From a virus (lineage: Duplodnaviria > Caudoviricetes): a stretch of DNA of 64,000 nt. The DNA is taken from IMG/VR virus record IMGVR_UViG_3300025133_000020; one strand, 5' to 3'. Under the pieces are notes generated by a model. It was not told the DNA's origin. It saw only the letters and a list, made by a program, of their open reading frames with translations, and searched no databases. Positions 21,624-31,972 of this stretch are shown in pieces. Every line of letters starts with the position of its first letter. Positions within the stretch are counted from its first letter, which is position 1. The position numbers were made by a program, and so were the translations under genes.

Positions 21624-22826
21624 ATGGGATTTAAAAGCATAGGAACACAATTAACAGCTAAGTTTACACCTAAAGGTAGGGAGAGACTTATCATAGGTAA
21701 TAACACGCTAATCACTAAATTCTCATTAGGGGATTCAGATGCGAATTATTACGCATCATTAGATTTGGGGTTAGGTGAGATACCTACACTTGGTGGGGAC
21801 TTATCGTCAACATCTGGAGTGAGTACAAATAGTGTTACAACTAACGTTAAAATGAATAACCAATTATACGCCACCGCTAATTCATTATTTAAGAATGTAG
21901 AAGCTGGTTCTAGTAGAATAGTAACCACATTCGATGAGTTAGGTACTACAACACTTGCAGGGAGCGCTATGACGTTTAATACAATAGTTAAGTCGGCAGG
22001 GACAACTGATAGTTTAGTAAACCTATACCAATCATTTAAACTACCTATAACCAATAGTAACGACCTTAAATATACGACTACTAAATATGCTAGTGGTGGT
22101 TGGAGTGATACCGCTTTGAGTGGTTTCGCATCATCATCAATATTAGCGGTTGGTATTCCAGAGACTTATTATGGTGATATGTTGGATGGTAAAGAAATCA
22201 GGTTATCATTATCTGGTACGACTGGTGGTACGTATACCATTTACGGTACATTCCAGAGGAAGCAGGGTAATATTGCGGCAGATGATTTTGCTTACACTGA
22301 GTCATCGTCACAGACATCAGCATTCGCACCAAACTATTCATTCCTATTTTGTGATGCTATTAAGAGACCTAACGGTGACCCAACTAAATCTTGGGCTACT
22401 GGTTTCGGAACGCTTAAACCGTTCAGTGGGAATGCTAAGGCGAGATACAACCTAACAACCAGTAATTCACAAGGTCTATCAGCAGATACTGCGGTAGGTG
22501 TGGCTTATTTGGATAAAGGGTTCTTGGTTATAACAGACCCAACAATCGTTGCTGATGTTAGTACGGCATATTCGGCTACTACTGGTAACTCGGTTACATT
22601 CGATAGTGTAAGTTCGGTAGTTAGTCAAGAGATTACTTGTATCGCACCAAGAGGTTCGTTCGTAAGGTCTAATAACCCTACATTCAATACGGGTGATACA
22701 CCAAGAATTTCAGAGGTTGGTCTATACGACAACAATGGCAATCTGATTGCTTATGGAAAGACTGATGAACACATCACAAAGACGGCTAATGAGCTAAAGG
22801 TCTTTGCAGTAAGTATCAATATCTAA
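21624..22826 (+). CDS. tail collar/baseplate-type structural protein
   Basis: KFTPKGRERL...SLGDSDANY and ISEVGLYD...IAYGKTD. Confidence 0.65.
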   Translation: MGFKSIGTQLTAKFTPKGRERLIIGNNTLITKFSLGDSDANYYASLDLGLGEIPTLGGDLSSTSGVSTNSVTTNVKMNNQLYATANSLFKNVEAGSSRIVTTFDELGTTTLAGSAMTFNTIVKSAGTTDSLVNLYQSFKLPITNSNDLKYTTTKYASGGWSDTALSGFASSSILAVGIPETYYGDMLDGKEIRLSLSGTTGGTYTIYGTFQRKQGNIAADDFAYTESSSQTSAFAPNYSFLFCDAIKRPNGDPTKSWATGFGTLKPFSGNAKARYNLTTSNSQGLSADTAVGVAYLDKGFLVITDPTIVADVSTAYSATTGNSVTFDSVSSVVSQEITCIAPRGSFVRSNNPTFNTGDTPRISEVGLYDNNGNLIAYGKTDEHITKTANELKVFAVSINI

Positions 22827-22883
22827 AGCGACACTTTACATTCTAATTTCAATTCATTATACTTGTATTATTAATTCAATAAT

Positions 22884-23534
22884 ATGAAAAAAGAAGAAAA
22901 TGGGTTTATATTGGGGTTGGATGTTTCAACCAAGACAATCGGAGTAGCCTTATTTGAGGATAAGGGTAAGAGAGGTGATTTGAAAATGCTTACTCACGTA
23001 ACACCTAAAGTCAAACCACTACCTAAAAGTAAGATTGAGCAGCTTTTCAAGAAAGTTGAAATCTTCGAAGAATTCCTAGACGAATATAAGGATATCGGTA
23101 TCACCAAAGTAATCATAGAGGAACCATTATTGCGTTCTAATAACGTTTACACGGTGGCAACACTATTACGTTTTAATGGGATAGTATCAAGGGCGGTATA
23201 TGATATTCTGGGAGTAGTTCCTGATTTTATTTCTTCATACGATGCCAGAGCGTTCGGTTATCCAGAATTCATGGCTAAGAGAACCCATAAGAAGGATGGT
23301 ACACCTCACACTGAAGCTCATATGAAAAAGGCTAACCCAGTATTGTTCGGTGGCTTACCATATGATATCGATAAGAAGTTTGTTGTGTGGGAAAAGGTGA
23401 GTGTCGCTCATCCAGAGATTACATGGTTATACACTAGAGTTAATTCACTTAAAAAAGAAAATTATGATATGACTGATGCATACGTTGCTGTGTTAGGTCA
23501 GATGCATAAAGAGAGTCTCTGGGAACCAGCTTAA
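22884..23534 (+). CDS. RuvC-like Holliday junction resolvase
   Basis: ILGLDVSTKTIG, VIIEEP and YDMTDAY acidic triad pattern. Confidence 0.75.
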   Translation: MKKEENGFILGLDVSTKTIGVALFEDKGKRGDLKMLTHVTPKVKPLPKSKIEQLFKKVEIFEEFLDEYKDIGITKVIIEEPLLRSNNVYTVATLLRFNGIVSRAVYDILGVVPDFISSYDARAFGYPEFMAKRTHKKDGTPHTEAHMKKANPVLFGGLPYDIDKKFVVWEKVSVAHPEITWLYTRVNSLKKENYDMTDAYVAVLGQMHKESLWEPA

Positions 23535-23546
23535 TTACATAAAAAC

Positions 23547-23577
23547 TTGAAAGTGTCGGACATTATGCGTATATTCG
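23547..23577 (+). promoter_or_regulatory. class I promoter T(T/G)G(C/A)A-N18-TA(T/C)ATT(T/C)G (representative site)
   Basis: exact 18-nt spacing also at 25277, 48961, 51542, 51963, 52818, 53471, 57885, 59760; resembles Bacteroidota -33/-7 (TAnnTTTG). Confidence 0.75.
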
Positions 23578-23581
23578 TGTA

Positions 23582-24544
23582 ATGTCTTTTTTAATTCCCG
23601 ATATTCTGGAGTCATTTCTTGGTGAACCAAGGAAGCACCACGAGAGTAATGGTCAAATAGCTTTTGACTGTCCTGTTTGTGCTGAAGAGAACGGTTTAAG
23701 AGAAGGTGATGGTAAAGGTAATCTTGAGGTAAACTACGTAGAAGGTGTTTATAAATGCTGGGTATGTAGTGGTACTCATGGTACTCACGGTACGATAGGT
23801 AAACTGATATATCGTCACGGTACGAAAGAGAATCTGAAGGATTATCAATTGATAAAGCCTGATTATGAGTACCTTAGAATGGAAAGGGATAATCAGGAAG
23901 TCGCAAGCGTCATAGTAACGCTACCTGAAGGTTATAAGCGCCTAACTGACTGCAATCAATTCCAATGGCGCTATGCTGATGCTATGAGATATCTCAAGGA
24001 TAGGGGTATCACAAAAGAAATGATTGATTATTACGATATAGGCATGACTACGGTTGGCAAGTATCACGATAGAATCATCATACCATCCTACGATAAGAAT
24101 GATAGGTTGAATTACTACATAGCAAGGACGTTCGAGAAATGGGCTAGACCTAAGTACTTGAATCCCGAAGCTGAAAAGATGGGTGTTATATTCAATGAGG
24201 GTAAGCTAAATCTGGATGCTACCATATACCTTGTTGAGGGTGCGTTTGACCATATTGTGATACCTAATTCAATTCCATTATTAGGTAAGATATTATCACC
24301 AGAGTTATGGCTTTATCTACAGGATGCCAGAGCCAATATCGTGATAGTATTGGATGCAGACGCTTTTGCAGATGCCAAGGAGATATACAGGAAACTGAAT
24401 AGTGGTAATTTGAGGGGTAGGGTTATAATATGTGAAATACCGAATGATAATGACCCTAGTAGAATCTTTGAGTTGTTAGGGTCTAACGGGATACAAAAAC
24501 TATTAAGAAATTGGTGTATGGTGCCGTCTGAGAGTGAATTATGA
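23582..24544 (+). CDS. DNA primase (Zn-binding + TOPRIM)
   Basis: CPVC...CWVC zinc motif; RIIIP, KYLNP, YLVEGAFD, LDADA. Confidence 0.85.
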   Translation: MSFLIPDILESFLGEPRKHHESNGQIAFDCPVCAEENGLREGDGKGNLEVNYVEGVYKCWVCSGTHGTHGTIGKLIYRHGTKENLKDYQLIKPDYEYLRMERDNQEVASVIVTLPEGYKRLTDCNQFQWRYADAMRYLKDRGITKEMIDYYDIGMTTVGKYHDRIIIPSYDKNDRLNYYIARTFEKWARPKYLNPEAEKMGVIFNEGKLNLDATIYLVEGAFDHIVIPNSIPLLGKILSPELWLYLQDARANIVIVLDADAFADAKEIYRKLNSGNLRGRVIICEIPNDNDPSRIFELLGSNGIQKLLRNWCMVPSESEL

Positions 24545-25000
24545 TTGCATAAACTGACGTAGTTGGTCAGCACCATCAAGGTCTGGTAACATACATAAAT
24601 CACCAAGCTCATTACTTAAACATTCGTAGCTACCGATACTTTTCAGTTTATCCCAGATGGTATCCATTTTAGGGTTCATTCTACGACCTTTACCTGAATA
24701 TAGATGACCGAATTCTGAAATGAATTTTTGGTACACCTTAACCCCTAGACCAGCCCCTTGTGCGTTTTTCGCTAATGCTATATTTGGTTGATATATCACA
24801 CCACCTAATGCTTTGATACCTAAAACACCTACCGAATTACCACCAACCCTAATAGTTAATTCTGGTGTATTTCCATCACCATCTAATAATTCAATATCTT
24901 CCCACTTAACGTTCTGTAGATTATCAAACTCACCACCTTCATCGGGTAGGCTTGGAATATCTAAAGCTTCTCTTAATTTAAGTCTAATGTCGGTTTTCAT
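24539..25000 (-). CDS. GNAT-like protein with basic N-terminal leader
   Basis: AQGAGLGVKVY resembles GNAT motif A; leader MKTDIRLKLRE. Confidence 0.5.
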   Translation of the reverse strand: MKTDIRLKLREALDIPSLPDEGGEFDNLQNVKWEDIELLDGDGNTPELTIRVGGNSVGVLGIKALGGVIYQPNIALAKNAQGAGLGVKVYQKFISEFGHLYSGKGRRMNPKMDTIWDKLKSIGSYECLSNELGDLCMLPDLDGADQLRQFMQS

Positions 25001-25251
25001 AGGTACTGTTTCTCGATAATGGATAGTACGGCACCTAAAGCACCATTCCTATCACCAAAAGTTCCCGCATGCTTATCCACCAAGTAATTGATAGCTTTCT
25101 CAACATCTTCTCGTACATTTGAGTATCGTAAGTCTTGAGCTACTTCATATTCACCCTCACCAACAATCTTAAATTCATCGTTAGTAGCGTCACCCTGAAC
25201 ATGGGCATATTCAAGGTCTTCACGTAACTTTTCTTTTAGTGATTTATCCAT
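24997..25251 (-). CDS. hypothetical protein with N-terminal leader
   Basis: MDKSLKEKLRE; minus-strand ATATTTATA at 25257-25265. Confidence 0.65.
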   Translation of the reverse strand: MDKSLKEKLREDLEYAHVQGDATNDEFKIVGEGEYEVAQDLRYSNVREDVEKAINYLVDKHAGTFGDRNGALGAVLSIIEKQYL

Positions 25252-25312
25252 TTGAATATAAATATAGAGGTTTAGGTTGAAACTGTGGATAAAATAAAGT
25301 ATATTCGCTTAT

Positions 25313-26089
25313 ATGAACGCAAACATCAAAGTATGGGAAGGTCCCGTTTATCTGGAACCCATCGAACACATCTACTTCCACAGGGAGACTGGTCAACGGT
25401 ATAAATCCGTAACCACGACCCTTGCTGCTGTTGAACCTCACTTCGATACTGAAGGGGTTTCTATGGCTATATCACGACAACGTGACGATGACCCTAAGAA
25501 GAATCCTTTATATGTGGGTATGAACCAAGACCAGATACTGGACTACTGGCAATACCTGAATGATACTGCAAATGAGTATGGAACGGCAGTTCACGAACAT
25601 ATTGAAACATATCTATTGAAGAAGAAGTTCTGGTTTCCTAAAGACCCTTTGGAGAAAGCGGCTGTAAGGGGTTATGATAGTCTGAAAGTGGATGAAGGTG
25701 AGATGATGTACCCAGAGCGTATCATGTTCTCAGAGTATTACAAATTAGCTGGAACGGCTGACCTTGTGATTGATATTGACGAGGTATTTTTCGATATTGG
25801 TGACTGGAAGACCAACAAAGCTTTCCATTACTGGAACCAATTCGGAAATCAAACGCTGAAGAAACCATTCGAACATATCCAAAACTGCCAGTATGGTATC
25901 TACTCATTACAGTTGAGTACGTATGCTTACATGTATGAGTTGGAGACTGGTAGGATGTGTAGACACATCTGGATTGGATACTGGGATAAGGAAACTGAAA
26001 CAATGAGTAGAATACCAATACCATACCTCAAGCACGATGCTAAGAGGTTATTAGAATTACACAAGTATAACACAGAAATGGCAATATAA
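25313..26089 (+). CDS. PD-(D/E)XK exonuclease
   Basis: SVTT, GTAVHEHIE, AGTADL..., IGDWKT, LQLSTY motifs. Confidence 0.8.
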   Translation: MNANIKVWEGPVYLEPIEHIYFHRETGQRYKSVTTTLAAVEPHFDTEGVSMAISRQRDDDPKKNPLYVGMNQDQILDYWQYLNDTANEYGTAVHEHIETYLLKKKFWFPKDPLEKAAVRGYDSLKVDEGEMMYPERIMFSEYYKLAGTADLVIDIDEVFFDIGDWKTNKAFHYWNQFGNQTLKKPFEHIQNCQYGIYSLQLSTYAYMYELETGRMCRHIWIGYWDKETETMSRIPIPYLKHDAKRLLELHKYNTEMAI

Positions 26090-26310
26090 TGAGTGATAAA
26101 ATAAAAATGACATTAGCGCAATTTAAGCTTATCATGGGCGGTGCGGTTGGTTATGCCGATAGTAGACCACCAAACTCACCAAACAATATGGAAGATGAGT
26201 TTCTATGGTGTGAAGTAGAAATTGCATATAGAGAGGGTGCCTTACAAGCGCTAAACATGTTGGAAGAATACATAGAATTACCCGAACTTAAAAAGAATTC
26301 TAATGATTAA
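26089..26310 (+). CDS. hypothetical protein
   Basis: 73 aa, translationally coupled. Confidence 0.6.
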   Translation: MSDKIKMTLAQFKLIMGGAVGYADSRPPNSPNNMEDEFLWCEVEIAYREGALQALNMLEEYIELPELKKNSND

Positions 26311-27121
26311 GAAAGTAATACATTTAGCGGATATTCATATCCGAACATATAGAATGCATAGCGAATACGTAGCCATGTTCGATGAGTTGTACAAAACGGT
26401 TAAGAAATTAACTGAGGACTATGAGTACGATGAAGTAAGAATAGTCATTGTCGGTGATTTAGTCCACCAGAAAATAACCATATCCAATGAGTTATTGATA
26501 ATGACATCAGGGTTCATAAGTGAACTGGCTAAGTACGCTCCGTTGGTGATTGTTGCTGGTAACCACGACCTGTTGGAAAACAACAAAGATAGGGTCGACA
26601 GCATCACACCAATGGTTACATTATTAAACAACCCCAACATCCACTATTACAAGGAGAAGAAGTGTTACCAAGACGATAATATTGTCTGGTGTAACTACTC
26701 GGTGTTTGAACACAACGAACGACCTGATATCGAAGCTGCTAAGGCTGAACATGGTGATAAGAAGTACATTGGATTGTACCACGCACCAGTATTGGGTGCC
26801 ACCACAGATATTGGGTATGAATTCGATACTGGGACACCTATTGACCACTTCCACGGATGTGATGCGGTGTTGATGGGAGACATACATAAACGACAATCAT
26901 TTGAACTTGATGGGGCACCTATTGCCTACTGTGGTTCACTAATTCAACAGGACTTCGGAGAGAGTATCGAGAATCACGGATTATTATATTGGGATGTGGA
27001 AGCCTTGACTTTTGAGGCGATTGACCTTAATAATGATTACGGGTTCTACACATTCTCTATAAATGGGGTGGAAGAACTTGATGAAGATAAAGAAAAACTA
27101 CTGAATGGAACTGCCAAATAA
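26303..27121 (+). CDS. sbcD: SbcD/Mre11-like metallophosphoesterase nuclease subunit
   Basis: HLADIH, VGDL, GNHD, MGDIH, YCGSLIQ motifs; near SbcC. Confidence 0.85.
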   Translation: MIKKVIHLADIHIRTYRMHSEYVAMFDELYKTVKKLTEDYEYDEVRIVIVGDLVHQKITISNELLIMTSGFISELAKYAPLVIVAGNHDLLENNKDRVDSITPMVTLLNNPNIHYYKEKKCYQDDNIVWCNYSVFEHNERPDIEAAKAEHGDKKYIGLYHAPVLGATTDIGYEFDTGTPIDHFHGCDAVLMGDIHKRQSFELDGAPIAYCGSLIQQDFGESIENHGLLYWDVEALTFEAIDLNNDYGFYTFSINGVEELDEDKEKLLNGTAK

Positions 27122-27467
27122 ACTTAATGATGAGATATGGGAATACTGTAGAGCAAACAGTATAACTGATATTGATGGGTTTATTATCAATCTGGTTAGG
27201 ACTGCATTCACCATAGAGAAATTTGGTTATAGTCCTGAAGTAAGTAAGGAGCCGCAAGTGGTTGAAAAAGAGGTAGTTAAGGAAGTGGAAAAGATAGTAG
27301 AGGTAGAGAAGATAGTAGAAGTGATTAAAGAGGTGCCAGTTGAGAAGGTAGTAGAAAAGGTGGTTGAGAAGGTAGTAGAAGTGGAGAAAAAAGTGGAGAA
27401 AAAAGAGAAAGACATTTACGGTGAAGGTACCAGAGGTACTTTCGGTTCAAATTTATTAGACAATTAA
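27105..27467 (+). CDS. hypothetical protein with (V/I)VEKV repeats
   Basis: low-complexity VEKEVVKEVEKIVE tract. Confidence 0.65.
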   Translation: MELPNKLNDEIWEYCRANSITDIDGFIINLVRTAFTIEKFGYSPEVSKEPQVVEKEVVKEVEKIVEVEKIVEVIKEVPVEKVVEKVVEKVVEVEKKVEKKEKDIYGEGTRGTFGSNLLDN

Positions 27468-27468
27468 T

Positions 27469-29817
27469 ATGCTGAAAACAAAAATATCACCTTATGGAAA
27501 GGTAAAATTATACTGGAACGACAAACCAGAGAATTACTCACGAGCCAATAGATTGGCTGTAAGGAACAGTTTCGCTAAAAAGTACGGAGTGGACAAGGAA
27601 CGAGTGAAAGTCGTTTACAGACCCGTTAAAGTGGATAATAAGGGTAATCTCATCAAGCTTGATGGGGTTCAGATTGAGAGTGTGGGAGATATCCTGTATC
27701 AACGCAAGCTTTTCAAAGAGTGGTTGGTTAGGAATGAGAAGGATATTGATTTTGAGCGTCTGATTAAGCTGGATGATAAGGTCAATGCTGATTTGGATAG
27801 TGACGTAGTACAAGGTACGAATAAGAAGTGGGAGTTCGAATGGATAATGATAGACAACCTATTATCGTTCGGTGATGATAATTTCTTCCCTATTGATAGG
27901 TTTAAGGGTTTAACAACAGTATGTTCGTCTCCAGAGAACCAAGGTGGTAAAACGACCTTAATCATTGATTCATTCAAGTTCTTATTATTCGGTATTACAA
28001 CCAAGACCAGTAAGAACGAGCACATATTCAACAGATATCGAGATAAGAGTACTTTAGTAGTTAGAGGGTTAATGAAGATTGAGGGTGAGGAAGAATTCGT
28101 TATCGAACGTAAGTTATCACGTAAGGCTAAACGAGATGGTGGGTGGAATGTGAGTAGCACATTAAACTACTACAAGATGCTTCCTGATGACACTGAGGAA
28201 TCGATGGATGAGGAACATACGATAAGAACGACCAGTAAGATACGTGAGACGGTAGGAGATGTTAAAGACTTCGACCTTGTATCGTTAGCTACTGGGGATA
28301 ACTTGACATCACTTATCGGTAATACGGTAACTGAGAATGGTAAGATATTCACCAGAATGATTGGTCTGGAAGTAATGGAGGTTAAGGAAGCCATAGCACG
28401 TAAGATGTATAATGAGTTCCACAAGGATATGCAATCCAACATATACTCTAAGGTAGAACTTGAAGATGAGAATGAGATATCAGAAGCCAATTTAGAGTTG
28501 GTTAAGGAAACTCAAATTCAGGCTGATGAGAAGTTAATATCAACAACAACCAAGATTGAGAACTTGGAGACTGAAAAGAGTGCTCTATTGAGTAGTAAGC
28601 ATGTGGTAGATAGTAAGTTATCCATGACCACTATTGAAAGTCTTGACCAGAGAATAGCCACTATCACCAATGATGGCAAGAAGGCTAAAGAAACTATGGA
28701 TGAGTTGAAAGAGTCGTATAATGGGATTGAGGTTGATTATGATGAGTATAAGGAGAAGCGTACTGCCGATAAGATAGGTGAGCTTAAAACTAGCGTAGCT
28801 ATTAAGAGGGTTGAAAGTACCAGACTCATAGCTGAATCTGATGCCTTGGATAAGGCTGAATCGTGTGTAACCTGTGGTAGAGCGTTAGAAGGGGTAGATA
28901 ATTCTAAGATGGTTAAAGACCTATCAGCACGAATCACCAACCTAGATACTGAAATTATCGCTATTGATGAGGAATTACTTCAATTAAATGAAATAATTTC
29001 AAGCCTTGCTGAAGTGAAGGTTGAGTTGGAGCGTAAGCAACGTTTGGAGTTGGAGATTGAAAGGGGTAACCTAAAATTGACTAATTTAAGAGGTCAACTT
29101 ACTGATGTGAGAGAGACTAAGAAGCAATTCGAAGCCAACGTTCAAGCAATCAAGCACAATCAAGATACTGATGTTAAAGTTAACAAGATTACATCAGACC
29201 TACAGATAGAGCGACACACAAAAGAAGAAACCATCAGAAAGATAGAAGTAATCAAAGGTGAAATCATCAAACATGACGCTAAGATTGCTATGAACAAGAC
29301 CATTCTAACCAAGATGCTTAAAGAGGGTGAGATTGAGCGTATCTTTAAGATGTATATCGAGATGGTAGGTAAGAAGGGTGTATCCAAGATTATATTGAGG
29401 TCTGTCATTCCTATCATTAATGCGGAATTGGATAGATTATTGGAAGGTGTATGCAACTTTGAGGTGGAAGTGCGTATGGATGATAAGAACGATGTTAACC
29501 TCATCATTATCAAAGATGGTGTGGAAGGGTCGTTGAAGTCAGGGAGTGGCTTAGAGAAGACGATAGCAGCCATAGGGCTTAGATGTGTTCTGGGTGTAGT
29601 ATCGACATTACCGATGCCTAACTTCATCGCATTTGATGAGGTGTTCGGTAAGGTAGCGCAGGTGAATATACCATTACTAAAACCTCTCTTTGACAAAGTG
29701 GCAGATTCATATGACAAAGTGTTTGTGATAACCCACAACGAACAAGCTAAGGATTGGGCGAACAAAATAATAACTGTCGTTGCGGATAAAAATGTATCCA
29801 AAATCGACTATAAATAA
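27469..29817 (+). CDS. sbcC: SbcC/Rad50-like ATPase
   Basis: Walker A ENQGGKT, CVTC zinc hook in coiled coil, SGSGLEK signature, FDEVFG Walker B. Confidence 0.88.
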   Translation: MLKTKISPYGKVKLYWNDKPENYSRANRLAVRNSFAKKYGVDKERVKVVYRPVKVDNKGNLIKLDGVQIESVGDILYQRKLFKEWLVRNEKDIDFERLIKLDDKVNADLDSDVVQGTNKKWEFEWIMIDNLLSFGDDNFFPIDRFKGLTTVCSSPENQGGKTTLIIDSFKFLLFGITTKTSKNEHIFNRYRDKSTLVVRGLMKIEGEEEFVIERKLSRKAKRDGGWNVSSTLNYYKMLPDDTEESMDEEHTIRTTSKIRETVGDVKDFDLVSLATGDNLTSLIGNTVTENGKIFTRMIGLEVMEVKEAIARKMYNEFHKDMQSNIYSKVELEDENEISEANLELVKETQIQADEKLISTTTKIENLETEKSALLSSKHVVDSKLSMTTIESLDQRIATITNDGKKAKETMDELKESYNGIEVDYDEYKEKRTADKIGELKTSVAIKRVESTRLIAESDALDKAESCVTCGRALEGVDNSKMVKDLSARITNLDTEIIAIDEELLQLNEIISSLAEVKVELERKQRLELEIERGNLKLTNLRGQLTDVRETKKQFEANVQAIKHNQDTDVKVNKITSDLQIERHTKEETIRKIEVIKGEIIKHDAKIAMNKTILTKMLKEGEIERIFKMYIEMVGKKGVSKIILRSVIPIINAELDRLLEGVCNFEVEVRMDDKNDVNLIIIKDGVEGSLKSGSGLEKTIAAIGLRCVLGVVSTLPMPNFIAFDEVFGKVAQVNIPLLKPLFDKVADSYDKVFVITHNEQAKDWANKIITVVADKNVSKIDYK

Positions 29818-29859
29818 CGGTTTTAGCTGATATTTATATACAACAAACAACAAGGAATC

Positions 29860-30696
29860 ATGGGCAAATATGTCAACTATAATGAAGATAAGACCATAAG
29901 TCATTACTTCAAAGATTTAAGAAAAGAAGACCTATTAACGAAAGAGGAAGAATTCTCATTAGCGTTAAGAATTAAGGATGGGGATACGAGAGCCATTGAT
30001 AAACTGGCAAAGTCTAATCTAAAATTCGTAGTATCAATCGCCAAGGAATATCAAGGTAATGGATTACCATTGAGTGACCTGATAAGTGAGGGTAATTACG
30101 GGTTAATTAAAGCAGCGCATAAGTTTGACCCTAACAAGGGGTTCAGATTTATTTCATACGCTGTATGGTGGATACGTCAAGCAATCATTCAATCGTTGAA
30201 TGACCATTCACGAACCGTGAGACTACCATCCAATGTTATAAACAAGATTACAAGCGTTAAGAAAGCTCTGGAAGCCTTCGAACAGATTAATGAGCGAGAG
30301 CCAGTATTTGGTGAGGTTATAAACGAGGACGGTGCCAAATTGGATATCAGTGTAGATAGTGGGTATTGTAGTTCACTAAACGATAGAGCTTGGGACGGTG
30401 AGGGTGACGAGTTGGGTGATATGTTGGAAGATGATGAAACTTACGAAGAAACCAAGTACACAGTAGATGATAGACTTAAAAACACACTTGAGGGTACGCT
30501 GAATAAGTTAACCAAACGAGAGCGTGATATTGTGAAGTGTTATTTCGGTATCGACACAGAATGTGAACCGATGACGTTAGAAGCGATTGGAGACAAATAT
30601 GAACTCACTAAAGAGCGTGTAAGACAGATAAAGGAGAAGGGAATTAGAAAGCTAAGACACAATGCTGGAGGTCTATTTTCGGTGATGAATGAGTAG
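29860..30696 (+). CDS. sigma70-family factor, Bacteroidota primary-sigma type (no region 1.1)
   Basis: NLKFVVSIAKEY, DLISEGNYGLIKAAHKFDP, FISYAVWWIRQAI, MTLEAIG...LTKERVRQI; ends TAG TAG. Confidence 0.9.
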   Translation: MGKYVNYNEDKTISHYFKDLRKEDLLTKEEEFSLALRIKDGDTRAIDKLAKSNLKFVVSIAKEYQGNGLPLSDLISEGNYGLIKAAHKFDPNKGFRFISYAVWWIRQAIIQSLNDHSRTVRLPSNVINKITSVKKALEAFEQINEREPVFGEVINEDGAKLDISVDSGYCSSLNDRAWDGEGDELGDMLEDDETYEETKYTVDDRLKNTLEGTLNKLTKRERDIVKCYFGIDTECEPMTLEAIGDKYELTKERVRQIKEKGIRKLRHNAGGLFSVMNE

Positions 30697-30727
30697 TAGC
30701 CCCATATTTATATAAAACAATATAAAC

Positions 30728-31972
30728 ATGAAATTTAACTATTTAGTCTGGCTAGCAGCCTTCGTTTTGGCAGCTTGTGCCGCCTTTGTTTCAGTAGTAG
30801 GTCTGGGTCAGCTTTTTGCTGGTGCTGGTACCACTGTTTTGATAATGGTAGGTGGTATGGAGTTTGGTAAGCTAGTAGCAGCCAGCGCATTACATAGATA
30901 TTGGGATAAAATATCCACAATCATAAAGATATACATGACCATTGGTGTCATTGTGTTGATATCATTAACTTCCGTAGGTATTTACGGCTTCCTATCCAAC
31001 GGGTACCAAAAGACCGCAAATGCGTACACTATTGAGACCAGTCAAACGGACATTTATGAAGGTAAAAAAGCCATATATGTTAAGCGAATTGCTGATGGTG
31101 ATAAAATAATTGAAAATAAAAACAAGCGTTCTGAGACATTATCCGACCTTCGTAATAACCAAGAGGTTAGGTTGGATTCTTTATTAGCTAAGAACTACAT
31201 AACCAATGCCAATAGGGTGAGAAGGGATATTGAGGCGGCTAACGAAGAAATAGGTGAACTGAATAAGGATATTGACGAGATAATGGAGAAGAACATTTCA
31301 TGGGCTGATTCCGTGGCGGCATATGATATGAAGATATTGAAAGTGCAATCCGCATCGGAAGTAACAGCAGAGTTAGGTCCTTTAAAATATTTAGCAGACC
31401 TCACAGGATGGGGAATGGGTAGAGTGGTTAACTGGTTGATTGTAATAATCATGCTGGTGTTCGACCCTATGGCGGTAAGTCTACTTATCATGGCTAATAG
31501 TATCAGAGAGATTGAAGCTGGTGAGGTTAAACCAACACCTAAACCAAAGAAGAAGTGGTTCGGTAAGTTGAGAGATAGGTTTAAGAAGAAACCCAAAACT
31601 GACCCCAAAACTGGTCAAGTAGATATACAATACGATGCGTCTAAGCCCCAAAAAGAAGATTTGTATATCCCACTAAAAGAAGATGACGAACCTATTGTTG
31701 AGTTAGATAAGAATGGGACATTCAAGGTGCCAGTTGAACCAGTAAAAGATTACCCATTGGTGGAGATACCAGAGGGTACATTCAAGGGTGAACCACTGTT
31801 TGAGGTTAGAGAAGAACGAAAGGAAGAAAAGACCATGGTGGATGTTGCGTTGGAGAATGAGAAGAAGGGTAAGCGTAATTTCTCGGTAGATATACCAGAC
31901 CCTAAACCAATTGAGGTTCCAGAACCAACCAAGTTGGGTAGGATATGGTCTAAGAGGGATAGGAAGAAATGA
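30728..31972 (+). CDS. multi-pass membrane/coiled-coil protein
   Basis: three N-terminal TM segments, coiled coil, ELGPLKYL, further TM. Confidence 0.7.
   Translation: MKFNYLVWLAAFVLAACAAFVSVVGLGQLFAGAGTTVLIMVGGMEFGKLVAASALHRYWDKISTIIKIYMTIGVIVLISLTSVGIYGFLSNGYQKTANAYTIETSQTDIYEGKKAIYVKRIADGDKIIENKNKRSETLSDLRNNQEVRLDSLLAKNYITNANRVRRDIEAANEEIGELNKDIDEIMEKNISWADSVAAYDMKILKVQSASEVTAELGPLKYLADLTGWGMGRVVNWLIVIIMLVFDPMAVSLLIMANSIREIEAGEVKPTPKPKKKWFGKLRDRFKKKPKTDPKTGQVDIQYDASKPQKEDLYIPLKEDDEPIVELDKNGTFKVPVEPVKDYPLVEIPEGTFKGEPLFEVREERKEEKTMVDVALENEKKGKRNFSVDIPDPKPIEVPEPTKLGRIWSKRDRKK

Noticed and set aside
27227-27400. GTAGAAAAGGT-type tandem repeats as a DNA repeat element
   Set aside because: Explained by the encoded VEKV low-complexity peptide.
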